Shown here: positions 11,833 to 24,486 of the stretch, piece by piece | How positions within the stretch are numbered: position 1 is the stretch's first letter | Layout: each line of letters begins with the position of its first letter | Origin: Oikopleura dioica | Lineage: Eukaryota > Animalia > Chordata | NCBI GenBank assembly: GCA_907165135.1 | Contig: OU015567.1 | Coordinates: 558,001-622,000 of the forward strand | Length of the DNA: 64,000 nucleotides | Reading direction: 5' to 3' | The notes under the pieces: model-generated | Database searches by the model: none | What the model was told of the DNA's origin: nothing | The model's input: the letters and a program-made list of their open reading frames with translations, nothing else | Translations under genes and position numbers: made by a program

Positions 11833-13900
11833 ATGTTCAAAATTATTTTTCTTTTTTCTTTTCCCATCTTAGACGCGATTCGTCCTTTTCTTCGGGAAGG
11901 GCAATGTCCGTGAGTCTTGTATTTTATTATCGTTAAAATTGAACATGTATCTTTATCTTTTTTATGAGATATATTATTCTACATACCTCGGGTACCTGAT
12001 TTAGGGTCGCTTTTTTGGTCCTGAAATTCCGAAAAAACGACACTAAATTGAACGACACGAAATTTGGTGGCAAAAACAGTGTTGTTCAAAAAAGCGACAC
12101 TAAATTAGAATTTTCGGGATCCCGCTTTTTGAAAAAAACGACACTAAATTGGGCGACACTAAATCGGGTACCTGAGGTAATAGTTATATTTAAAATTATG
12201 AGTTATAACTTAGTAAATAAAAAAAAATAAAAGAGATGAAGAACTTGGCCTTCTTTGTGACAGTCAATGTTATAAGGAATTTCTTGCTTGTAAAGATGCG
12301 TGTAGCTCATCGTCCTGCGAGAGGGTTTGTCTGACTTCCTATATCGGTAAGATTTCTTTCTCTTGTTTTAATACCGATCAAGATTGCTACCGACTTTGCC
12401 CGTGCTTTGACGATTGCACAAATGGTTGTGATGGATGTAAAAATTCGGTTTGCTCCTGCCGATTGCCTGAAATCAATAATGTCGATTATCGACAATGCAT
12501 AAAAGAAGTAACTGATGAGTTTAATTCTTGTTTTGGGAATTGTACTGCTGATAGTTTCTGCTACCAAGAATGTACGTCGACACTCATAGATGATTCTGAA
12601 AAATATCCGTGTAATTCTGGATGTCCTCTCGGCTGTCCTTGTGAAACTGGATACGAATGTCAGCCTTATATTGCTTCTCTTTGTCAATCAACCTCTTCAA
12701 CTTTTGTCGATTTTAGTTATATGATTTCAGCCAATGGTCATATCAAGGATAGTTTCATAAAAAAATTTCAAGCAAAGAAAGCCAAATTATTCACGAAACT
12801 TTTGAAGGAAAATCGATATTACTCATCGCCCTTGACCTCTGCACCTTTTTTACGAGTAGCTGGCAGTGCTCTTTTAAAAAACGAAATGTTCATTTTTGGT
12901 GGTTACTCAGATCCGAAAAAGGTTTTTCTCAAAATTAAACAAAATTTGATATACCTCGGGTACCTGATTTAATGCGCTTTTTTGGCACCGAAATTTCGAA
13001 AATCCGGCATTAAATTGGAATCGTATGGTTGCCGATATTGGAATTGATCTACATATAATAATCTAACTTTGAAGATAGCTAAAATAACAAACTGTGCGAT
13101 AAAAGAAATCGGAAAGAGGCTCACATATAGTTTTGTATCGACGGCTGGATCACTTGTCACATTAGAAGAAGTTGTAGAAGAAACAATTTTATGTAATGCC
13201 AATGAAGACCCTCTCAAATGCGAAAGCTTTGATGGACAATTTCTTCGCCAAGTCAGCAATACCAAAATTCAGCATAACAGTGGTTGTATGGCTCGTTATC
13301 ATGGACAGGCTCTTATTATTGGGGGACAGCAGACAAACACTGTTGAGATACTTGAATTCAGGTAAAACAGGTTATTTTAATTATATAATAAATTAATGAT
13401 AGGAATTCATATCAATTATTCTTAGCGGTTGGCAGTATATAAAAGCTTTTCCATCGGAGGCGAAATTTTTTCATCAAGCCTGTACATCAGTTGGTAATGA
13501 AGTAATTACAGTCGGAGGATGGAATGACACTTACATAAAAGAAGTGTATTTTTTTAAAAATAATGAGTGGAGCATTGCCGGAATTATGCAAAACGTTTGT
13601 TTTATTTTATTTATTGATAAATTTTTTCTTAGTATCATAGGGATGGATCGATTATTTTTTTTGAAAATTTCTTCATTATCTTCGGTGGCTCAAATAAGTA
13701 GGACTTGATTTCACGTTATTAAGTTCAGTTTTATTTTTAGATACAATTCTGTTGAACGAGGCGAATGGCTTAATGATACTGTCATTTCAACACGAACAAT
13801 CCGTGATCATGGCGGCGATTGCTATCACCCAATTATCTTTGAAACAACTCCCGATATTTGCAGGGATTTTTGTAGCGAAGACTTTTGTTACCTTCCATAA
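11833..13900 (+). CDS. Secreted Cys-rich + Kelch-like beta-propeller protein, paralog 1
   Basis: Signal peptide MFKIIFLFSFPILDA. Cys-rich repeats (CYKEFLACKDAC, CPCFDDCTNGCDGCKNSVC, GCPLGCPC). Kelch-type GG..W repeats (MFIFGGY, ALIIGG, VITVGGW, FIIFGGS). Ends PIIFETTPDICRDFC. All introns keep frame; one is GA-AG. Confidence 0.85.
11986..12177. mobile_element. TA-flanked MITE, 192 bp, in intron 1 of Kelch paralog 1; a 5' fragment recurs at ~12954 in another intron
   Basis: TIR CCTC(G/A)GGTACC(T/C)GATTTA, TA on both sides, and about four internal CGACACTAAATT repeats. Confidence 0.85.
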
Positions 13901-15113
13901 AATAAATTTTAATGACTGTTTTCTTGTTTCAAAATCTTGAAATTATAACCATTTTGGCAGAAATCACGCCGGTAAAATCCAAAAATTAAAGCCCTTTCTT
14001 TTAGTTTTTTCGACAATATTTAGAGTAAACACGTTAAAGTAGCAAAAATGTTTAGTATTTATCGCAAATAACCATAATATTTTTGGCAATTACTTTTAGT
14101 GAATAGCAGTATGTTTTCTCATCGAATTTTCCAAATATTTAAAAAACGTTTGGAGCGTGTTCTCATTTTCGCGGCGGTGTCAAAAAAGCGCTTTACATCA
14201 GAAGAGGCAGGACTGGGCGGCTCCCATGTTCTGTGCGAAATTGAACAAGGAGAAATAATTGAGCAGCATCCAGAAAAGGGACGCCACCCTGAATACAAGA
14301 ACAGTTGTTTTCTCTTCTGGTGCTAGAATCGGCTGGACTGGTAGACTGCTTGTTTTGCCATTGGGAACTTGAATAACATGATTTGGAGAAACAAGATAAG
14401 AACAGTTAATGGCCCGTAATTGCGGAAGCTCATATCTTGCTCTCTTTTTCATGAACTTTCATGATTTCTTGCTCCTAGCGTAAAAAGAGTCCTCGAGGAA
14501 ATTTGTTTAACTAAAAATCCTCTGAACAGTATTTTTAGCTCAATTTCAGCTCCGGATTTTCCAGGCGCCTCGGAGATTCCAGAGAAAGAGAAGAGGTGAT
14601 AAAGATAGACGTAGCTTTGTATACGACTACATTTCTGAAGAAAAATGATAAGCCATCGGAGATAAGGGTGGAGCACATTTTTTGCTTTTGAAGATCTCAA
14701 CCCTTTTTTCTGATGGAAAATGGGGATTAATACTATCCAGGTAAAATAATGATAGATTTTTTTTGCCAAAATTTTCAAGATTTTTAAAAATTTTTATGAT
14801 TTTTAAAAAAATCCAGATTTTTTCAAAATTTTTATTATTTTTAAAAATTTTCAAGATTTTTTCGAAATTTTCAATTTTTTTTTAATTTTTAAAAATCTTC
14901 GTGATTTTCGATAAAAAAAAATTTAATGATGAAGAACCCTAACCCTAACTCCACCCCTCTTTTTTCGAAACCCTAACCCCAATCGCCCGAGATGACCGAA
15001 AATGACTTTCGATCTTTCAATCTTTGCACCCGGTCATATTTTTATTGCAATTTAAATATCCCTTCATCTGGGCGTGCAAAAGTAGCTTCGAATTTCAAAA
15101 TTTACGAACTAAA

Positions 15114-17329
15114 ATGAAACTTTTCGGGGCTTATTCTGTTTTTTCGACATTCTCGAATGGTCAGGAAGAGGAATGTCTGTAAGATAGAGTTTTCGATGTT
15201 ACACACTTGAGTGAATATATTTAGAGATGCGGAATTGGCGGACGACTGCCAAGGAAAAGCAGCTCTTGAATTCTTGGATTGCGAAGGAAATTGCTTGGAT
15301 GCTGCTTGCGAAACGCAATGTCTCAACGTCAAGGAGTTCAAATAATTTTTTTCTTCAAATGAATCTATATTTCATGATATTTTTTTAAAGAATCCTGTGA
15401 TAAGAGTACCGCGAAGAGCTTGATTCCTGCCCTTGTGGACGGGATTGTCCAATCGGGTGCCAAAATTGCAGCCATCAAATTTGCCAAAATGAGCAGAATC
15501 ACCTCTTCGTTCTTGGGGATTACGGAGAATATCGAAGAGAAAACTTTCTGATCTCCACCACTGGCGAGTTTTTCGAAACGAGGGAGATCACCGTTCCAGA
15601 GGCGAAAAAGGCTACTTGCATCTTGCGGGACATGCTTTGTTGAATGACGAGATATTTATTTTCGGCGGATATAACGATTCGTACAAAGCGGCAGTTCTGG
15701 AAGGGTGTGCCTTCCGCGAGCTCCAGCAAAGGCTTATTTACGACTACAGTATTGGCAACAATGTACGCGAACTTGGCGGGGAGGTCTATATTTGCTTCAA
15801 CAGGAAAATTAGCAAAAAAAAGAGAGACCATAAAATAATTTTCAAATTATTGATCCCATTTTTATTGATTGAAATATAATTGAAATTGAAAATTTTTCAA
15901 TGTTAGCGGTATATAATGCTCTGAATTCTTTTAATTATTGAAAAGTCAATATTCAAACACAAATAAAAACTGCCAAGTTTTTGATGGCGAAAACTTCTCT
16001 ATGTTTCGCCCTGAAACAACCTACACACATCAATCCGGATGTCTTGCAGAATTTGATGATAGCTTGCTGGCTATTGGATCTTATTACAGGTAAAATTTAT
16101 AAACAAGTTACAAAACAGCTTGTTTAATCATAAATTCTCGTACAGATGTAGCTGCAGAAGTAATGATATACAGCTTCCCATTGAATATAATCATCTCCTC
16201 TTATTTCTTTGTAGCTAATTGTCCAACAGCCATGACAATATGGATCCCACGGTTTACGTTTTTCGCCATTTGGGTCATTTTTACAATCAGCCAAATAGTT
16301 ACCACCAGGATCTTCCCGTACTCCCTGATTGGTTCCTCGCAAGGATTGCTTTTCCCATTATTTCTTTCAATTTCTCTACTTTCTCGAGCATTTTTCTCAG
16401 TACGCCGTGGTCTTGAGCATTCCGGTGTGAATATTTAATTTCAATATTATAAAAAAAATATGAAAACCTTTGATCTACAAATTTTTAGTTGAGTTCGATT
16501 CTCCTTTATATCAGTCGTTCGATCTTTCATACTGTTTGAAAAGACTCTCAAACAGGAATATCGACATTCTCGATCGTATCCGTCCAGAGAGCATTTATCA
16601 AGAAAATGCTCTGATGGTTTCGAAAAAAGAAAGCTTGGCAAAATGATTAAAAAACATCTCATTTTTGTCTTAGCCCGCTGATAAAGAGCATATGTAAAAC
16701 ACATTTGTTTGGACAAACCTGAGCAAATAAAGATCTGACTGTATTTAGTGGCGATCGAAATAAAGTCGAGCTTCTCCAAAAAGACACTTGGATCGAGCAA
16801 GAAAATCATCCCAAGTAAGCTTCTTCGAAAATTATCCGCTACAAAAAATATTAAGAAATCTAGCACTGTTTGGCTGCTTAAAAATTGGCACCGGCGTAAT
16901 TACTGTTGGCGGTTTCAACGTGCTGACGAACAAGCCATACGATGATGTCTTTTTCTTTCAAAGTTCAAGTTGGCGATCTCTCGGAAAACTTCTCACCGTT
17001 AATATGCTTTTTGAAAATTTACATTGATAAATATTCAGCCTCAATTTTACAGCACAGTGTATTCTGTTGGCGGCGAGATCTTCTCAATTCTTGGTGGTAA
17101 AAGGTAGCGGAATTGTATACGCGAAGAATTAAATATTATGACTTTGTTTTTAGCCCGTACAATATCGAAAAATTCCGACTGCTTCAAGATGGAGGAAATG
17201 TGACGGATAATGAAGTTATTTATTCTGACTTCAGGTAACGAAAAAGGGAAGAAAAAAAAATAAAAAAATATTTTTAGACTTGATGCTCCAATTGTATTCG
17301 AAGCTGAAATCGATTTTTGCTTGAACTAA
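15114..17329 (+). pseudogene. Cys-rich + Kelch-like protein, paralog 2; frameshift near 15600 (pseudogene or assembly error)
   Basis: Same architecture as paralog 1: MKLFGAYSVF..., CPCGRDCPIGCQNCSHQIC, AGHALLNDEIFIFGGY, CQVFDG..HQSGC, VITVGGF, terminal PIVFEAEIDFC. The frame of ISTTGEFFETREITVP differs from the frame of GEKGYLHLAGH, and no frame-correcting intron lies between them. Confidence 0.75.
16124..16662 (-). CDS. Small putative secreted protein nested antisense in intron 16090-16748 of Kelch paralog 2
   Basis: ATG plus signal-like MRCFLIILPSFLFS, then Cys pairs (KCSLDGYDRECRYSC), a heptad-like segment (VLRKMLEKVEKLKEIM), and a Cys/Trp-rich terminal ORF (DCKNDPNGEKRKPWDPYCHGCW...FCSYIC). 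Exon junctions are uncertain. Confidence 0.55.
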
Positions 17330-17582
17330 AAAATAAATGAAAAAATAGAAAGAACTTGATTTTTTAAATAAGCAAGAGCATCTCTGTTCAAAGTTGTCGC
17401 GCGCTCTAGAAAGCTGAGAAATGCAAAGGAATCCCAAATACAAGCTTATGCGAATATGATGACGCCAGTTTGGAATTCAAAGCCAATCTTCTTAGGGCTT
17501 GGCCGTTGCGCGATTAATTCAACTCAGCCACCCTTATTCCTGCATCTGACAGCTCAGTTCCTCATTTTACCTTATTTTTTAA

Positions 17583-18263
17583 GGTGGTAGTCCCTGCTTT
17601 TGAGAAAATCCGAATTTTGAAATTTTCTTTCCAGATTCTAAAAGCTCATTAGAAGAGCTACAAATTTTGTATTGATCATTTTTTCCGAATGTAAGAGAAA
17701 AGTCCCAAAATCGGCCTTAAAAATTGATATTTTGATGAAAAATTTCAAAAATTTGAAAATTTATGACTATTTTATCCAAAGTCGAAGCGTTGTGTTAATG
17801 ATTTTTGGTCTGTAGATTACTCAAATAATAAATAAATTGTCTTCTATGAAGGCTACATAAGATTAATCTTCTTTCAAAAACTCATTTTTTCAAGTTTTTC
17901 AGACCCAAGTTTTGATCGATGGTATTAAATAATGATTTTTTTGAGTTTCTTAATTTCGTTGAGTGGCAACTTTAGACGAAGGTATAAACTTGTTAAAAAT
18001 ATATTTGGTTTACATTTATTTTAATTTTTAAGGGCTCTACGCGTGTTTGAAAATAGGCCAAAATGGCGATTTTGCTCGGGTTAGGTTAGAATATGGCACC
18101 ATAGCTCCTCGATAGGTCGAAAAAAATATCTTTCGGGAACTGGCAACTTTAGAACAGCGTTCGACCTTTCTACCGATATAGTTTTCATCCTTCAACTTAA
18201 GCCCAAATTTGTATGAGCGCTGTTCAAAAAGTGCCAAGATCGCAAAAAGCAGGGACTACCTCC
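17583..18263. mobile_element. TTAA-flanked MITE (Kolobok-like), 681 bp
   Basis: TIR GG(T/A)GGTAGTCCCTGCTTTT. TTAA at 17579-17582 and 18264-18267. Confidence 0.85.
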
Positions 18264-18617
18264 TTAACCAAAAACGTTCTTACAAAATCTGGGCTTTTTG
18301 GCTACTTGGCCTAATCGTTTCAAATACTCGTGAAAAAGCTCTCTCAACGGTGGCACCGGCAGCAAAAACGATCCTTCGAAGCAAGCTGCCTCCGCGGTTA
18401 CGAAACTTACGCCAGTCAGCTTTTGATAAATCACCAAAAGCGGGTTCGTTTTCGCGTTCATTCGCAAGCAAATTTGATACTTTTACCAGCATGAGCATTC
18501 ATCAAATTCGAGTGAACTCCCGAGCTCCGGTTTTTTTCGATTTATTTTCATAAAGAATTTTTTTTTGCTGAAGAATCGGGGTAAAACACATTTATGGAAG
18601 TGTTTAACATGGACCTG

Positions 18618-18780
18618 GGTTTTGATTGGTCGGTAGGCCAAAAACAGCAATCTTATTGGTAATCCAAAAATGCACGCCCTAAAATCGTTAGTCCAAAAAT
18701 CAGCACTAACCAAGAAATAGAAGTGAATTTTTGAATGACCAATAAGCTTGCTGTATTTGGCCTACCGGCCAATCAAAACC
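18618..18780. mobile_element. 163-bp foldback/MITE with ~42-bp TIRs
   Basis: GGTTTTGATTGG(T/C)CGGTAGGCCAAA(A/T)ACAGCAA(T/G)CTTATTGGT is mirrored at both ends. No TSD recognised. Confidence 0.7.
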
Positions 18781-19882
18781 TTTCCCATAAAAATCACTTC
18801 TTTTGCTTGTTTCGGCCACAAGAATCGCAGTCTCTTGAAGAAAAAAAAGTAAGTCACAGTAAAAGGCAAATCTCTAACAGAACTAAGAGTGATTCATCCT
18901 TCAATCAATTTCTTCATCAAAGAATTGAGGGAAAGACCTTCAAATTTCTGCAAAAATCTAATGAGGGCCGATGTTGGAGGTCTGAATAAAACATGTTAAC
19001 GCGTTAATGGACCCGTTTTTTACCTTGTAGAATAAATATAGTAACAAGAGCAAACTTGGAAAATAACAAAAAGGAGAAAAAGTCGAGAAATCATATTATG
19101 TTCTTTGTTAACAAGAATTTTCCCCGTTTTAAAAACTGTCGCGATCATTAATTCAAGAAGCAAGCTAATTCAATCAACAATTTATCCAAAAACCAGCGTT
19201 TTCATCTAAAATTGAGTGGACGGAAAATGATGTTGGAAGGCACGTCAGAACGACAAAGCTGTAGTTTTTCAAGTGGATTTTGTATTTTTTTTTATTTTTT
19301 ATTGAATTTAAATTTGTTCGAATAATTTTTCAGCCCAGCGATCGAGGCTGATCTCATCAAGTTTTTGCATAAATGATACGATAGATCGTCGGTTCCTAAA
19401 TGTATTTTGATCAAGTGAAGAATAATGTCGGATGCCCTAAAACATCGCTTTTATTGATGAATATATGGTCCAAAACGTCTTTTTGGCCACGTGACCTTAA
19501 TTTAAATTTTTTTTTTATTTCTTTTTACATTTTTGCTAAGGCTACGTGGCCAAAGGGACGTTTTCGACCACAAATGCAGCAATTAGGCGACGTTTTATGG
19601 ACCCCCCGTCAGCTTTTTCCTTCGAAAAATTGAAATTTTTAAAAACGCCATACTTTTGGTTCATAATGCGTCCCCAGGTTAAACTTGCCTCAAAAACTTG
19701 ATACAAGAGGATTTTTGACCAAGAAAAATCAATATTTTTGCCGAAATTAGGGCAAATTCGTCAATTTGCGGCGAAAAGTCCAATTTTTAAATGGGATTTT
19801 GGGGGTGTTAGAGTCGAGATAGACCCCCGAAAAATTAAGCCTCAAAATTATACAGCTCTAAAAATCAGACCATTAGAGCCAC

Positions 19883-20184
19883 GTCTCTTGTATTCAGTCA
19901 GATAAGGGGCCAACCGACCCGAAGGGGAGGCCAGCCCCGTCTCTTTTATTCAGTCAGATAAGGCGATCTGGCTCCAGATTCAGGCTTCTCTTCGGGTCGG
20001 TTTGGCCACTTATCTGACTGATTCAAGAGTCTGGGCTAGCCTTTCCTTTGGGTCGGGTTGGCGCCTTCTCTGACTGGATTCAAGTGACGGGGCTGGCCTC
20101 CTCTTCTGGTCGGCTTGGCCGTAAACCTGACTGAATACAAAAGACGGGGCTTGCCTCCCCTTCGGGTCGGCTTGGCCCCTTATC
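19883..20184. repeat. Head-to-head array of a ~60-bp GC-rich unit
   Basis: Unit ~GACGGGGCTGGCCTCCCCTTCGGGTCGGCTTGGCCCCTTATCTGACTGAATACAAAA. About 1.4 reverse copies, then 3-4 degenerate forward copies. Inversion point near 19970. Confidence 0.85.
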
Positions 20185-23100
20185 ATGTATATATGTGGAA
20201 CATCGACACGCGATGAAAAAGGGTCTTTCCGTGTTTTTTGTCTTGACATTTTCGAGCAAAACCAAAGAAAAACAACAATTTAATAAAAAAAATGGTCTTT
20301 TTCTCAAAAAACTGTCGAATTCTTGCAAAGTGGTCAATTCCACAGATTTCAGCGAAATCGGCGAAAAAAAAATCTGCGGAATTGACCATACCCACTGTAT
20401 AGGCCACCCCTATTTTGGACAGTTGCTTTTGAATTTAATTCGCAAAAATTCAGGATTTTTGTTTATTTTTATTTCATCTGTTCATGCGCCCAGGCATCCA
20501 GGCTTATCCGATCCGATCATCAACGACAGAAGAGATCCGCGGTTTCTTAGTGTTCTTTCAGAAAACTAAATGTTTTTGCCAGAAAATTACCTTTTAAATG
20601 ATTTTGTTTGCCAAAAGAGAGCGCAAAAAGCGAAAATAAAACAGTTTTCAGATTCATTTTTTATTATTTTTCGTTTGAGACGTGGTTGGGGCTTGAATTC
20701 TTCTGATTGCCCTCTTCTTTTAAATGGTCCCAAGAATATGTAATCAATTGAAACAGGTGTTCAAACATAAATTCTTTATTGTCAAAAGTGGTTGAATATT
20801 CGACAAAGAAAATAAAAACAAGTCTACTAGGACGACTGTTCGATTAATAAATTCTTATTTCAAGTCGAAATAGAACGTTTTGAAGAAAAAAAGGGAAAAA
20901 ATGTTTCTTCTTTTTTTTCCGCTGAGTGCTCAAAAATCGCCGCCCCGAGAGTTTCATTCTCGAGAGTTAATAATTTCAATGTATGGTAATCCGGCGCTGG
21001 CTCCGTCCGAATTCATAATCCCGCTTCAATTTTCGGCGTTCGCGGCGGATTACGACGCTCAAGAACGTCTTTGTCGCTCACAACGGGTGATTTTTTCCGG
21101 CTTCGTTACAACAAAAAAAAGGGGCGACATGTTGGGTTTTCGGCCAATTACTATTGTATTAACTAAACAAAGTAGCAAATTATAAAATAGGACAAAGAGG
21201 ACGGTTTTTCAGCCTGATTGGGTTCTCGCCAAAACTGTGTTCTTTGTTAACAAGTATTGAAAAACGTAATTACGGGCTGATCGATACCCTGGGCTCGAAA
21301 AACTGAGTCAGAAATCAAAAATTTCGACTCGAAAGCAGCGTTTTTGGATAAAATAGATTAAGGGTGTCAACATTTTGCCAAGTTGTAGATTTGGGAAAGC
21401 CGCTTCGCGGCTTTGGTTTTCTAGGAGCCGCTACGCGGCTTTTTATGAAAATCCTATCAAATCCTGACTCAGGGTTTGAAAATGCTATTCTAGGCAATTT
21501 TGAGCTATTGAAAAATTTTCATTTTCAAAATCGAAAAAGACTATCTTATTCCCGTCTATGCAAAAGATCTAAGCGGTATTGGAGATGCTGAGCGGCACTT
21601 TTGCTATCTTTGTAAGCTTAATATTGTTCAAAGTGTCCTAAACAGCTCGCTGATGCGCGGCCTTGCTTATGCTTGTTATCATCGAACACATCCGAATTTC
21701 AAAAACAAAAGCAGTCCGATGAAATGGGGGCTATTTTCGGGAGCGTTTTGTTTTTGCCCTAAATCGTTGAAAAGGAGACGTTTTGTTGATAAATTCTTGA
21801 GAAAAAAATTTTCTTATTTAATTTTTAGTTAATTTAATTAGATTATATCAAAAAAATATAATTGAATAAAATATATTTAAATTTATTTAATTAATTATTT
21901 TTAATAAATATATTAATATATTATTAATATAAAAAAAAATTCTGCAAAAATTGATAAGAAAAGAAAATTCTAGAGCCCTATTTATTCCAGCAAATAATTC
22001 GCGTAAATTGTCGAAAACTCGGAAGTCCGTTTCCTTCATATTTTCGTCAACAGGGAAAACATTGTTTACAGTCATTTTCTGCAGCGCCAAAAAGGGGTGC
22101 TATAGTCAAAACAAAAGCTAATTAATGGAACATATATTCAAAACGACAATCAAAACGCGCTTGATGACTATTCACGGGAGGCAATTATTTACTTAATTTC
22201 CAGAAGAAAAAAAGAGCTAGAATGATTGGATTCCAGCGCCGGGAAAGATTAGAAGCGGCGCAGATCGCATTCTCGAGTTAAATAACTGCTAGAGTTCTTT
22301 TTGGACAAATCGTTTGTTGCTAACAAAGGCAAATGCTTTTGGAAGAGAGCCGGAAGTGAGCGCGAATGCCTTCGTTCGAAAAGAAACTTTTCGTCTCGAG
22401 TAAATTTATAGACTATCAATTATCGTATTTTTAAAAGCTTATCATCAATCCAGGTTCTAACACTATTCTGAAAAATTGTACTTAGTAGATATCAGATATG
22501 TAAATAATGACAAAAATAAAAATCTTCAGAAACGAAAATTAATCTTATGGTGTTTTTTTTCAACTTTGTTTTTTCATGTTTATAAAAATCGCGGTCGTTA
22601 GTAGGATCCTCTACGAATGCTGGAATTTTATGCGCGAGGTCCACGTTCTTCGTCGCTCATTTTAAGTGATTAGTCGAGCCCCGTTTACAATTAGCGCAAA
22701 ACTCGAAGACCAGAAGTGCTCCATTTTATTCAAGAGCCACTGTTTAAGAAAATTTTCTTCCTGCTCAAGAATTCTTGAATTTCGCATCTAAGCCAGTCTT
22801 TTTTTGAGGCGAAACTGAATGCTTTTTCAAAAAAATATAAACGAAAAAAACAAAGTGAAAATTTATCATTTTTTCGCTCGTCAAAAGTACTTAACAACAA
22901 CTGTTAGCTACTTATTCGGCAGGAAACGAATCAAGTTTAAGTCGGAAAGGGCAGGGAAGAGGTATTGATGAGTGAGTGAGTGAGTCGAAACATGGGCGGC
23001 CACGGAAGTCGGGTGCCTTTGAGCTCGCGTGATTTAGCAATCCGGCTTTACAAGCGCCTTGTTTCCGCCTGTCGCAGTGTCCATTTGTTCCGAAACAAAG

Positions 23101-24486
23101 TGAAACCGATGTTTCAGGACGCGCCGCACGTTCCATTAACTTTTCGTGCTAATTTTTGTCCAAAAAGCAGTTTTAGCTTTTGTCCTTTTTTTTAGCCGCA
23201 AATTACGCCTGTTCATTTAACATTTTCGGTAGATGTTTGCACATCGAAGCGCAGCAAGAGGGAGAAAAACGTGGTAAACAACAGTAATCCGAAATATGGT
23301 AATCGTTTCACCTCGAATTGTAAAGTGAGCCTTCTACACGGCGCTAGGTCACACCGAGGTCATCTCAAAATCGCGCCAAAAATCTCAAACAAAAAAGGAT
23401 TTTTCCATTTTTTCTAACACTAAAAGTGAAGCCTCATAAAGAAAACGCAAAAACAATTTTTTGATAATCGAAAATACTTATTAGATTGATTGAATATCTA
23501 CTTTACAGTAAAATTCACATCTTGCCTCGCCGCAGATGCGCTCTAGAGACGCAAAGGAGTCAATTATCAACATTGTAAAAGGTCAAGATTAGAAACCTAA
23601 GAAATCATAAAATGAAACTCAAATATAGACCCTTTTTCTTTGGATATTTTTAAAAATATTCATAGAAAGAAATTTTATATCGCTAGATAATCCTTCTACA
23701 AAAAACGAGAAATTCCTGACAATTAATAGTTTGTTTGTAATGCCTTGAATAATAAATATTTGCATGAAAAGTAAATACTTATTGTTTGGTCTGACTTTGC
23801 AGTTAGGAAAATAAGTCCGCATTATTCGAAAAGGACTGAGCTTGTTCTTTTGATTCAACCAAGAGAAATAATCTTGATTTTTCAATGCCAGCCAGGACTG
23901 TCAGTGTAGCTGTCCCAAGTAACGAAGTCCTAGGCGGAGCTGTTCTGGTTCTGATTGCTGGTGCTGTCTGTTAAAGTTTTTAAAAAACCTTCATATTTTA
24001 AGAAATAAGAAATTTTACTTGATTTTAGGAAATAATCACAACTTGTTCCTTTATTAAAAACTTTATGAAGTTATGCGATTAACACTACGGACAAAGCTGG
24101 CCAGTCAGGAATGGATGGTGTCAAAAACGGCGAATTGAGAGACTGTAGTTTCAAATCATGGCTGTATTCATTCGATGCAAAGTCAAGAAATTTTCCTGCT
24201 TAGAATCTTCCCTGAATCTCATGCTTATTTATTATTTTAGAAAATTTAATAAAAAAGTCGAAAAAATTTTGAGAGCGAGAACAAAAATGCAAAATTTTAG
24301 TTTGTTTTCAAAATATATTTCCATAAAACAGAAAGAACGGTTGGATTGAAGTCAAAAGCTTTTTTACGATTTGTCAAACGCAAGAGTTTATATACAGTGG
24401 TGGTTTTTTTCCTTTTGGTTCTGGCAGCCATGCGATTTTACAATTACAGTTAGGTTTCAAGAAGTCAAGGCACAGTTAAAGTCTTC

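Noticed and set aside
16124-16342. Kringle or C-type lectin domain
   Set aside because: Superficial NxC..DPNG..PW similarity, but the Cys/Trp spacing fits neither family. Kept as an unknown domain.
17583-18263. Same family as 41271-41951 because both are 681 bp
   Set aside because: The TIRs differ and I saw no internal alignment. The equal length is probably coincidence.
18280-18498. Two-exon minus-strand fragment (…DWRSFLLPVPPLRELFHEYLKRLG…)
   Set aside because: It has one plausible GTAAGT-AG intron, but no convincing downstream exon or family, so it is too weak to call.
23880-23970. Alternative (GPI-type) terminal exon of the ephrin
   Set aside because: There is an AG acceptor, but the phase-compatible frame stops after 12 codons with no hydrophobic GPI signal.
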